From positions 46,468,701 through 46,532,700 of the forward strand of contig NC_069000.1 in NCBI RefSeq assembly GCF_001194135.2: 64,000 nt of DNA. The letters run 5' to 3'. The notes below the pieces were generated by a model. It saw nothing but the letters and a program-made list of their open reading frames with translations, was not told the DNA's origin and searched no databases. Origin of the DNA: Octopus bimaculoides (lineage: Eukaryota). Numbering within the stretch: the stretch's first letter is position 1; each line of letters begins with the position of its first letter. Of the stretch, positions 51,933 through 64,000 are shown piece by piece. Made by a program: the position numbers and the translations under genes.

Positions 51933-52474
51933 CGCACTTGCATTCACACATAGCTGCATAAATATTCACACACACACACACACATCTACACGGCTTATTT
52001 ACATCGACACGTTTATACGACTAATGATTCGCATTACCTACATATATAGAAGTACACTTCACACTAATATACACTCGCTTCGCCACACAGCATTTACACA
52101 CTCACAGTGCAACACAGAATACTCATGACCGCATAGGTACGCGGTGTATATACACTGCAAAGAATATATACATTCGAATCGGTTTACACCTACCCAAGGT
52201 TTCACGCAGTGAGATTGAAACCGGAACCATGTGGTGAGAAGTTTGCTTCCCAGCCGTATGGTTCCAGGTTCAGTCCCACTACGTGACATCTTGGGCAAGA
52301 TCTTCTACTGTAGCCTCGTGCCGACCAAAACTTTGTGGATTTGGTAGACGGAAACTAAAAGAAGCCTATCGTATATATGTGTATATATATGTGGGGGGGG
52401 GGTGTTATCTGTGTTTTCTCCCCTCACCGGTGTTGGTGTGCTCACGTCCCCTTAACGGTTTGGATGTTTGATTC

Positions 52475-53200
52475 ATACGTCATCAATCAGATGTTTATTT
52501 CTGTTTTTGATCAGTCTCTTTTGAATTATTGATTTCAGATTTGACGTGAAAACAAATTGGAAGCTCGCTATGCAATTAAGCTTTGTGTTAAATTGGGCAA
52601 AAACACCACAGAAACAGTCTGTGAAATGCTCCAGACTGTTTATTGGATAAGTTGTGTGAGCCAAGCAATTGCTTTTCACTGGCACAAAAGGCCAGGCAAA
52701 GCAAATCCAATGGGAAGGTCATGATGATCCTCTTTTTCGATGGCAAGGGCATCATCCGCATCCACTGGGTTCCCTCTAGCCAGACGGTCATCAAAGAGTA
52801 CTTTGAGGAGGTTTTGAGGGAGTTCAGGAAGAGAATTCGTTGCAAAGGGTCAGAGATCTAGCACTAGACGGTGTCACTTGCACCAGTCCACAATTCCATC
52901 CAGGTAATCAACAATTTCACAGAGATGGACATCAAGACTGTCTCCCATCCTCACTACAGACCAGTAACTCTTGGTTGTTTCCCAACCTGAAAGAGAGGAT
53001 GAAGGAGGCCGTGATAAAGGACTTGGACACCATCACTTTGGAGAGCCTCCATGGGGCCTTCGCGAAGTGACTGGGATACTGCAACAAGTAGATTGAAGTC
53101 AGATGTTGTTACTCTGGAGGAGACAAGAATTTTGTACTTCTTTGAAATTAATAAGTGTTTCTCTTGAAAAAGTCTGGAAACTTCTAGAATGCACCCTGTA
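52475..53200 (+). mobile_element. Internally deleted mariner element
   Basis: RYAIKLCVKLGKN HTH and GKVMMILFFDGKGII motifs; right end AAAAAGTCTGGAAACTTCTAGAATGCACCCTGTA is a mariner-type TIR ending in TA; left TIR not found. Confidence 0.88.
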
Positions 53201-53849
53201 TACCGTGTTACTAACCATACAATATAGCATTTTGCTTTGAGAAATAACAAATTGGTTACACAATATACATACATACATGCATACATACACACATGCATAC
53301 ATACACACACACACACATACGCATATACTTCATATGAACGCACACACGCATATACCACATTATTGAAGGCTGCAATATTACAATGTTGCACCATAACACA
53401 ATGCAGCATTGCATGCCGGGACCGGTGTGAAGATTTGGCTTTGCTTTTGCAGAACTTAAAATATTGCAGCCTTGGAATATCGCTCTGGCCCCTCGGAAAG
53501 TGTGGGTCTGGCCTACGTTATTACACAGTTTATACACCTAGGGAGGTGTTACCCTTTCTGATAACCCAGAGCCCCTACCAATCCATAAAATATGTTCAAC
53601 CACTTGTCTCAGAGATAGGGAGAAAAAGGGATCCAGTTCTCTCTCTCTCTGTCCCTATGACCACTACCACTACCAGAGACTCTCCTCCCTTTCATTTGCT
53701 GGTTGTATACACCCACTTTTGTATAAACTGATAGGTTTCTCTTTCCTCTCCGTCATTCATGCATTGTCTCTTCAATATCTGGTGCCCTCTTCAAGCATAT
53801 CCAGCCGTCCGTCCGCCCGTCTGCTTATCTATCCATCCACTCATCTATC

Positions 53850-53883
<34 letters not shown>

Positions 53884-54474
53884 GATCGATCGATCTATCT
53901 ATTTATCTATCTGTCTGTCTGTCTGTCTGACTATTTGTCTGTTTATTTGTCTGTCTATCTGTCTATCTAATTGCTTATCTATAAATCTTTCCATCCATCC
54001 AAACAACCAGCCATCCAACCACCCACCCATCCATCCATCAACCCACCCACCTAAACAACCACCCACCCTTCCATCCATCTATCCATTTATCTATCTATCT
54101 ATGTTTGTGCGCGCGCACACACACACACACGCACATACATATCTACATTGTTCGCAAGCTCGTTAGTCAGCTGCCTGTCCGTCTTTCTCGTATATTAAAC
54201 ACATAAATACATCTCTACATCTACATCCTCATATACATATACAAATACGTATATACCAATAGGTGAACACATAAACACATAAACGCATTCCTGAATAAAT
54301 TTAGTTCACTTCTGCCTGACAGGTATGTGCACAGCGCACGCAGGCACACACACACACGTGTACATACGCACGTACGCACTCACATACGTATACACATACA
54401 TGTGCATACGCAATGTTTTGCCTTCCTAATACTGCAAATGTTTGCATGCACATGCATATGCGGACAGTGCTTCA

Positions 54475-54549
<75 letters not shown>

Positions 54550-54763
54550 GCAGTGCCGTATATATGCGTGTTTGCACTCCCTGCATGTAAGCTGTCAGAA
54601 TTCACGTCTTCACATGAATATAAATAGATGATAGCAAAGAGATATTATGCAGATATATCCTTATGTGTATGTATGATGTATGTATGCATGTGTGTGTGTG
54701 TGTGTGTGAGTGTGTGTGTATTACATACCACACGCGTACACACAGAAGCATATATGTAGAGCG

Positions 54764-54821
<58 letters not shown>

Positions 54822-54929
54822 GCAACAAGTGAAGGGCCACCCGGGCCGCACACACTCTAGCTATTCCACTGGATGCATTACGAGCTTAGCTAAACATCGA
54901 AGTATTTGGAAAACAAAAAACCTCGAAGT

Positions 54930-55775
54930 TTATACGCTAGCAATATCCAGGAATGAAAGAAAGGAGCCTGAAAGAGTAACTTCTTGTCCTTGAATAGATT
55001 GGGACATCACTGTTAGAGATTCAGCTGCTCTATCACCGATCCCTAATGTTGCAGCAGAGACGGGGTTTTGTATGTCACAGGTCCCAAGCTGAACGAAATG
55101 AAATCCTGAAATATCACAATATATACTGCTTAAAAGAAACCTGATGGATTCTGTCTACGTCTTTGAGCTACAGGAAAATTCTTCACGCATTGGGCAACAT
55201 GACTAACGACTTATTCATTCCATAACACTACATAACACGCTCGCAGCTGAATATACTAAGACCCTAAAATATTGGTAAATTGATCTCCAGCTTAACGGGG
55301 ACGTTCCATTATATTCCTTAAGAAGATCTCTCATATGGATCCATGGTTCATAAAAGCACTCGTAATTATATCGTTGACAGACGAGAACAGTCTACAACGG
55401 TCGCGGAAATTGCCAGATCACATGATTTCGCCCTGCTATGGGCTCGTCAGTGACAGGTATCCAACAGCGACACAATAGCCGAGTCCGTTTCTTTGAAGTA
55501 TCCATTCGTTACTGACAGGTTTCAGTACCTCAGCCATCATAATCCTATGTGTACATAGGCGTAGTGGAAGAGGACTCGTGGGGTCGGCGCTAAAACCTGT
55601 TCTCCTGCCTCATTTTATGTTTGTCAGTTTGTTTTGTGAACTGTATTACCATTCGTATTATCATTCGATTTCATTGTAAATTTTAAAACTCATTTTGTGT
55701 GTCTGACCCCAAATCGGGCTGTATTGTCCCCTCTATGTTGGCCCCGTGTGGGCAATAAAGAAACCAGGCGTATAT
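54930..55775 (+). mobile_element. 3' portion of a CR1/L2-like LINE (degenerate)
   Basis: PGMKERSLKE*LLVL and FFTH.AT..NDL resemble CR1 ORF2 C-terminal motifs (YxERL, FFSxRVVxxWNxLP); ends in ...gccccgtgtgggcaataaagaaa, a LINE-like 3' terminus. Confidence 0.4.
55401..55470 (-). ncRNA. Type I hammerhead ribozyme
   Basis: Minus strand reads UGUCA-CUGACGA-GCCC(AUAGCA)GGGC-GAA-AUCAUGUGAU-C-UGGCA: complete catalytic core, 4-bp stem II with G10.1-C11.1, short palindromic stem III, 5-bp stem I, AUC cleavage triplet. Confidence 0.75.
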
Positions 55776-57051
55776 GTATAAATGCATGGATGTATATATT
55801 CATTCAAACAAACCATATATTGTGCAACCATCTCTATTTACCCACCATCCAATAGTGAATTTGTCTGAAACAGAAGACATTACAAACCCACCAGCCAGAC
55901 CATCCAACTCGCAAATCGTTCCCATGGTGATACAGCGAACCAATTGCTGTAGATATGCTTTACAGCTACCTGAGGTATTTATAGATCTACCTACACGGCA
56001 GCTTGGGTAGGCTTGCTGCCACCGTGTACTTAGCTTCGCTTGGAACTGCTGATGTTGCTGTTGTTGTTGTTGTGGTTACTGGCGGTGGTGGTGGTACTGT
56101 AAAACTTTTCTCTTTGTTACATCTATCTAAAATAAAAAAAACCCCAAATACCAATCATACCAAATGTACAACGAAAGTTTAATTACGTGCACGCACATAT
56201 TATAAATGTAGATCTATAATNNNNNNNNNNNNNNNNNNNNNNNNNNNNNNNNNNNNNNNNNNNNNNNNNNNNNNNNNNNNNNNNNNNNNNNNNNNNNNNN
56301 NNNNNNNNNNNNNNNNNNNNNNNNNNNNNNNNNNNNNNNNNNNNNNNNNNNNNNNNNNNNNNNNNNNNNNNNNNNNNNNNNNNNNNNNNNNNNNNNNNNN
56401 NNNNNNNNNNNNNNNNNNNNNNNNNNNNNNNNNNNNNNNNNNNNNNNNNNNNNNNNNNNNNNNNNNNNNNNNNNNNNNNNNNNNNNNNNNNNNNNNNNNN
56501 NNNNNNNNNNNNNNNNNNNNNNNNNNNNNNNNNNNNNNNNNNNNNNNNNNNNNNNNNNNNNNNNNNNNNNNNNNNNNNNNNNNNNNNNNNNNNNNNNNNN
56601 NNNNNNNNNNNNNNNNNNNNNNNNNNNNNNNNNNNNNNNNNNNNNNNNNNNNNNNNNNNNNNNNNNNNNNNNNNNNNNNNNNNNNNNNNNNNNNNNNNNN
56701 NNNNNNNNNNNNNNNNNNNNNNNNNNNNNNNNNNNNNNNNNNNNNNNNNNNNNNNNNNNNNNNNNNNNNNNNNNNNNNNNNNNNNNNNNNNNNNNNNNNN
56801 NNNNNNNNNNNNNNNNNNNNNNNNNNNNNNNNNNNNNNNNNNNNNNNNNNNNNNNNNNNNNNNNNNNNNNNNNNNNNNNNNNNNNNNNNNNNNNNNNNNN
56901 NNNNNNNNNNNNNNNNNNNNNNNNNNNNNNNNNNNNNNNNNNNNNNNNNNNNNNNNNNNNNNNNNNNNNNNNNNNNNNNNNNNNNNNNNNNNNNNNNNNN
57001 NNNNNNNNNNNNNNNNNNNNNNNNNNNNNNNNNNNNNNNNNNNNNNNNNNN

Positions 57052-57104
<53 letters not shown>

Positions 57105-57759
57105 GTATATACATATGTATGTATGTATATAAAATGTGTGTATATATACATATGTTTTATATAAAAGTTAATTATATATACACACACATATATATGTAAG
57201 GTTTATAATTATATATAATGTTTCGTGTTATATATATAGATATATATATGTATGTATGTATAGTGTTTCTTAAAGCCGAAAACATCTTAACAAACTGTAT
57301 TCAGTTCACGTTACCGTTCGTCGGACTGTTGTGATGAATACTGAATTAAAACTGCGATGGTACACGTAATGTAATGTGATGTAATACGATGTAGGTATTA
57401 CAAATGTAATGACTACATTGTGTTACATCATATTATATTGCATGTAGAATCACAATTGTAATAACTGTCCTTGTTTTGCAGTTATGTGCTAGCTTGTGTA
57501 TGTGTGTGTGTGTGTGTGTGTGTCTGAGCATACACGCACACATTAGGTAATAAATCGTATGATATACATCGTATGATATAAATCGTATGATATGTTTATC
57601 GATCACTACAATTGTTTCAACCCATCTAGCATCGATCCCTCAAGGGTAAGATATCGAAAAACTGATTTAGGAGTATCCGTCGGTGTAGATGTGTCTCTTC
57701 GGATACTTCTAAGTCAGTTGTTAGATATTCCACCTGCGAGGGATTCAAGTCGAGTAGCT

Positions 57760-58065
57760 CATCCCTGAATAAGATTTGTTTAAGGATGTTGAACGAAACG
57801 CCTATGTTTCCAAAGGTGAATTATTCAAGCACCAAAGAATTCCTCTTGACACATGGCTATGACGCTCCCCCACTACTTCTGCTTGTGATCAGAGATGCAC
57901 ATATCGTCAGCCACCAAGGGACATGCTCAACTGGTTAAGGACAAGCAAATCTGTGGTATTGAGCAGAATATTTGCTGTAGCCCATCTTTTATACCAAGAC
58001 AAAACATGTACATGATAACACTTCCATTCAGCTAAGATCAGAAGTCATGGTACTGCACTAGGGCA
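57760..58065. repeat. Interspersed repeat recalled as common in Octopus assemblies
   Basis: gagatgcacatatcgtcagccac..gggacatgctcaactggttaagg..gagcagaatatttgctgtagcccatc; identification from memory, class uncertain. Confidence 0.5.
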
Positions 58066-58293
58066 TATATTGTTATTATTATTATTATTATTATTCATAT
58101 ATACACAACAGATTTGACTGCTGGAAAAGAAAAACTCCTAACATCAAGCAACAACAAGTAACCTTAGATGCCAAGAACCCTCCTAAGTATTCTAGTTGTC
58201 CCTAATAACAGTTTTCCGCAGCTCTACTAAGCTGGCCTTTATGCCAATTTCCTCTATCCATCTGTTCAAACCTTTAGGGACATCTCTAAAGAA

Positions 58294-58424
<131 letters not shown>

Positions 58425-58727
58425 TGCCCTTTTNNNNNNNNNNNNNNNNNNNNNNNNNNNNNNNNNNNNNNNNNNNNNNNNNNNNNNNNNNNNNNNNNNN
58501 NNNNNNNNNNNNNNNNNNNNNNNNNNNNNNNNNNNNNNNNNNNNNNNNNNNNNNNNNNNNNNNNNNNNNNNNNNNNNNNNNNNNNNNNNNNNNNNNNNNN
58601 NNNNNNNNNNNNNNNNNNNNNNNNNNNNNNNNNNNNNNNNNNNNNNNNNNNNNNNNNNNNNNNNNNNNNNNNNNNNNNNNNNNNNNNNNNNNNNNNNNNN
58701 NNNNNNNNNNNNNNNNNNNNNNNNNNN

Positions 58728-58771
<44 letters not shown>

Positions 58772-58952
58772 GAGAATGTACGAAAAAAACAACAACGAGA
58801 CACAGACACACACACATAGCGCACATGTACACATACATACATACGCATGTGTACATATGTATACATAATACGCTTTTTGTTTCACGAATGAGAGAAAGAT
58901 TACTAAATAAATGCTTTAAAGTATATTATTTCAGCTTCATATATATCGCACG

Positions 58953-58984
<32 letters not shown>

Positions 58985-59224
58985 CACACACACACACTAT
59001 AATCCTACACGTACGCTCACACATACACTCCACGCACACAGAGAATAACAGGTATGTTTACTGGTCCAGAAGTGTCTGGTTGTGTGTCGAGGTGTACGTA
59101 TCAGACTCTATCAGTTGCGTCTGTATATAAAAACGAATTTGGTATCTTAAACCAGAAATTATTCCGCTGGATCCGAATAATGGAACACTGTGTTAGAATA
59201 GAACACCCCTTCTCAACCCACACA

Positions 59225-59267
<43 letters not shown>

Positions 59268-59638
59268 NNNNNNNNNNNNNNNNNNNNNNNNNNNNNNNNN
59301 NNNNNNNNNNNNNNNNNNNNNNNNNNNNNNNNNNNNNNNNNNNNNNNNNNNNNNNNNNNNNNNNNNNNNNNNNNNNNNNNNCACAGAATTTTAAATAAAG
59401 ACCAACTAATAGTTTCATGTTGTAGAGATGCAATAAATTGGCAGATTTATATAATATGCCAAGTGTCTCCAAGAATCTTCCAGGCTCAGTGCGCAACGTT
59501 AGACGTATTTAAAAACCAGGACGTTGCTCAACGAGAAGACAATAAAAACTAAAAATAAAAATACTAGAAGAAAAAAAGTGGAACTAAAAGAAAGAAAATT
59601 AAAAAAAAACCATGATCTGCGTTCTCTCTGTAGAAATT

Positions 59639-59684
<46 letters not shown>

Positions 59685-60099
59685 TCACTATATATATATA
59701 TATATATATAGTCTTTTATTCTTTCGATGTGTAATTCCGTGTACTCTTCGCTGGACGGTAAAAATTGTCTGGAATATATATTAATATTAATACTAATAAA
59801 GAGTATGGAGGCATACATATGTGAAGGCTTATGGCAAGCGGTTAGAGCGTTGGGCTCACAATCTTGAGGTAGTGAGTTCATTTCCTGGTCCGAGCTGTTT
59901 GGGCGATTGCTGGTCTTCCACAAACAACCAGGACTTGTGCCTCGGAGGGTAACCTTCTAGATGCAATCCCACGGATTTTACTAATGTAAAATTCACGTTG
60001 CAAAATAATTCTACCAAATTGGGAAACATTTCTCGAAGCGAGCTACAATCCCTTGAAAATTTGTCGGGTGCTATCACCATCTACATTATGAAAATTATT

Positions 60100-60455
60100 G
60101 CCACCAAATGTAAAGAAAGCCGGTATGCAAATGGCGAAATAGATCTTCCAGAGCTTTGCTCTCTGAAGAGATGGAAGTGATATCTCAAACCAGCATCAAC
60201 ATCAACATGTTGTATACAAGGATTACAAAACATTCTCTCAAGATTCGCCTACATCAGTGCAGCAATTCGTTCCATCATCACCAAGAAATCATCACAGAAC
60301 TTTCAAAAGAGACCAATTGCATCACGTACACTAGATTAGGCCTAAACATTTACGAGTAACTATGGATTAAGTAACCTTGTCTTCACAGAGAAGTTTCACA
60401 TCATTCAGCATCCTTGAACCATCGCAAATATAAGAAACTAATTTGCAACTTGTAA
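60100..60455 (+). mobile_element. Penelope-like element GIY-YIG endonuclease relic
   Basis: Frameshifted translation VISQTSI..YTRITKHSLKIRLHQCSNSF..TELSK ... NLVFTEKFHII ... HRKYKKLICNL* follows the recalled PLE C-terminal pattern (VIYQA, YIGxT..FKxR..H..SF..TELSK, LCLxEK, CRH). Confidence 0.7.
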
Positions 60456-60949
60456 ATATAAAACAAATCCTTTAGAGTTTCTTTGACTTGTTATAGTCAT
60501 TGGACTGCGGCCATACTGGGGCACCGCCTTGAAGGTTTAGATGAACAAATCGACCGCAGAACTTAGTTTTTAAGCCTACACTTATTTTGTCGGCCACTTT
60601 TGCCGAGCCACCATGCTACGGGGACGAAAGGAAGTCAGTCTTGTCGATACATTTTCTTTGAGAATTTCAAGCAAAACCGTGCTTAGTGGCAGACACTAAC
60701 CAAAGAACAACACTACTAACGCCGCTTAATGTTATCTGATTACTGTTGAACCTACAGACGTGAACAGTGGGATGATAAAATGCAATAGCAATTCCTTAGG
60801 GATATTGTCCGTTACTCTCATTCACACACACACACACACATTCGTGTGTGCATTTGTGTGTGAATTTAAATGCATACATACATACATACATACATACATA
60901 CATACATACATACATACACACATATGTGTTTATATATATACACACACTC

Positions 60950-61004
<55 letters not shown>

Positions 61005-61080
61005 GGGAGAGATAGATAGATAGGGTGTATGTGTGTGTGTAGTAAAATGTGTATGTGTAAAGTGCAATATCCATCCATCC

Positions 61081-61127
<47 letters not shown>

Positions 61128-61650
61128 GTGAGTAACAAGGAAATGTCACAAAGTAAGAACACACTTCGACATTTAGGGACCAATATCTACAGACTCGCAG
61201 ACATTTCTTAGGTAAGTAGTTTCCTCTTCCTCAGTCTGTTATAAGGAATGCGATAATGGTATTTAGAGAAACAGGCATCAGCACAGGTGGGGGGAGGGAG
61301 AGGAGGACGGGAAGCGGAAAACTACTCATACACCTACTCCCACACACACACACACACGTTAACAAACACATTCACACCCATACTCATACATTCAATCACA
61401 CTCACACACACACACACACACACACGTGTATTTTTGTGCATGTAAAAAAGATCAGTGGTTGTTTACTTATATATATATGTATATATATCGATAGACGAGT
61501 AGGTAGATAGAAACACGCATATGCATATATATATGTGTGTGTGTGTATTTATATATACCCAGATATGCATCTATATATACATGTAGATGTAGGTATGTAC
61601 ATACATGTACGTATATATGCATAGACTCATACATACATACATACATACAC

Positions 61651-61724
<74 letters not shown>

Positions 61725-62139
61725 GTATGTATGTATGTATATATATAAATCAAGGATACAGATCCTCTTAAAGGGATGTCAGCATCCAAGTTTTCCAGTT
61801 ATATCCAGTGTATCAGTGAAAGCTAAAGATGTTAGCTTCACATATTAAAAGTTAGGATTATTCCACAGTAGCAATAGAACGAACGTCTTTAATTCTGACA
61901 GCGCTACTAATTTGTCTTTTTATTGGTTTATTAGGTCTCTACTTATTGATGCTTAATACATATATATATAAAGTAAAATTAAGAATGAACTTGCGATGAT
62001 AAATATGTCGAAAATATAGGCATTCGTAAATGTGTGATGGTGAAAACAAATCGCAACCTCTTCATAAACCACTCTTGCGGACTATGTCATCAATGAGCCG
62101 GTGTTACGGCCGCTGTAACAGCCCAGAATGTACCCCTGT

Positions 62140-62611
62140 CCAGACTATATCCCATGCTTGCAGACAAGCATGTACCTCACTTATAAAAGTTGCCTCAGAA
62201 CATATTCAAAATTTAATATTGATCGATGAAGAATTAAAAAAGTTATATGTAAATTTCGATTTAAACATAGCAATTTAGAATTATCAAATGCAAATATTCA
62301 ACATTGCAAAATAAACTCAATGTTTAAGTAAATTGGAGAAAAATTGACGACTCGTGCATGTTGCGCAACGCACCTGTATTACGAGTCGTAGCCTTGACTC
62401 GCGCAAATGTGGCTATTCGTGTTGGACTTATATTGGTACATTTTAAAGTATTTTGCATTTGGTAATTCTAAATTGCTATGTTTAAATCGAAATTTACATG
62501 TAACTTTTAATTCTTCATCAATTGATATCAAATTTTATATATGTTCTGAGGCAACTTTTATAAGTGATGTACATCTATGTTATTTGTCCGCAAGCACGGG
62601 GTATATTCTGG
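62140..62611. mobile_element. Long-TIR foldback/MITE-like element
   Basis: Arms of about 160-170 bp (62140-62297 and about 62447-62611) are clear reverse complements; the spacer holds an acgactcgt..acgagtcgt hairpin. Confidence 0.8.
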
Positions 62612-62669
62612 CCTGGTTGTCTGGTTGTCTAAATGTATCAATCTCTATTAACCTGTGATTATGTATGGC

Positions 62670-62900
62670 TACCTGTATTTACCTCTACTTACTGATACTT
62701 AGGTAAGTACAAGCTATGTCTACCTGTATCTACCTGTATCTACCTGTATCTACCTGTATCTACTGACATTTACTCGTACCTATATTACCTACCTTAATCT
62801 ACCAATACTTACTTATATGTGTCTATACCTACCTTTAGCTACTTATGCCTACCCATATCTACCTGTACTTACCTGTATGTACCCATACCTACCTGTACGT
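62670..62900 (+). repeat. 10-bp minisatellite (tacctgtatc)n
   Basis: Direct tandem copies, degenerate at the ends. Confidence 0.85.
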
Positions 62901-63143
62901 CGCTGATAACACGTCAAAGTAAAATATAGTCTACAAAATTTGGACGCTGGCAGCACAGCTATCAGCTTTACCAAAACTTAGTAACTTTGAGGTGTGTGGG
63001 GGGGAGCAGGTGTGTCTGTGTGCATGAATGTGTTGCGAGAGCCCCAGCTGGGACAATAACATCTACAAAAGGTCGGGACAGCGGGACAGAGAAGTAGCAG
63101 CAAAAACGACAATAACAACAACAATTTCATTATCTGCGTGTGC

Positions 63144-63186
<43 letters not shown>

Positions 63187-64000
63187 GCAGGTTAGAGAAT
63201 ATACATCTATGTTGACAGCAAATTGAGTTAACAATGAGATATTGAGGTGTATTTAATTTGGGAGATGGAGCGTATACGGTTCATAGCCTTTTACATATAT
63301 ATACATATATATTATGTGCGCGTATNNNNNNNNNNNNNNNNNNNNNNNNNNNNNNNNNNNNNNNNNNNNNNNNNNNNNNNNNNNNNNNNNNNNNNNNNNN
63401 NNNNNNNNNNNNNNNNNNNNNNNNNNNNNNNNNNNNNNNNNNTATATATACATATATGTATACATATGTGTGTTAAGTATTATATTTATAATAGAAATGA
63501 AGTCAGGAACAACATTCTTGTGTTAATTAGAAATCCATCATGTGTGTGTATATGTGCGTGTATATATATATATATATATATGCATATATATATAAATAAT
63601 ATGAGCGTCTATCAGCGCCACCTGTGCACATGTGATGGCAATGCGTAACATGGTGGTAAACAGATTGCTATGATTATTATTATTAATATTGTAAGCCAGC
63701 TCATACTGCGTTCAAATACTTGGACAACATTTACCTCTTTATTATGAATCATCTTCTGAACAAACCAGACACCTACACACCACCAGTTTCCATCCAGATT
63801 CTCACATTCCATTACCATATAGTTTTTGAGACTCATCACCCTCTCACCTTTCCTTCTTTCCCTTTCTCCCTGACGCTCTCTCTCTCTCTCTTTCTTCGTC
63901 TCTTTTCTGTCTATCAGCTTTTGCATTTGAAATATATTACAGAGCAAAAGAACGGTAGGAAGAGGAAGAACAAACTGTTGTTTCTGCGTGTCTAGTTTAG

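Overview
AT-rich, microsatellite- and SINE-dense eukaryotic genomic DNA with many N gaps. The repeat families and sequence style suggest an octopod cephalopod (Octopus-like); this is inference from recalled repeat sequences. Two protein-coding genes sit head-to-head. (1) A complete STRIP1/2 (FAM40, STRIPAK complex) gene lies on + (ATG 13765, stop ending 41362). I traced 20 phase-consistent coding exons giving 812 aa, a GC-AG intron 2, and a candidate extra 42-nt exon where the otherwise conserved EEMP motif is missing. (2) The 5' end of an MBD4/MeCP2-like methyl-CpG-binding gene lies on - (MBD exon 933-814, candidate first exon 10943-10897); it continues out of the window below position 1. The remainder is intronic or intergenic repeat: several tRNA-derived SINE families, two mariner transposase relics, Penelope-like GIY-YIG relics, CR1/L2-like and piggyBac-like relics, MITE-like palindromes and minisatellites. 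The most notable non-coding signals are a type I hammerhead ribozyme with an intact catalytic core (- strand, 55411-55455), a degenerate hammerhead-like motif in STRIP intron 9, and several long G-U-biased hairpins between 46 and 63 kb. All coordinates were counted by hand; repeat boundaries are approximate and human comparisons are from memory.
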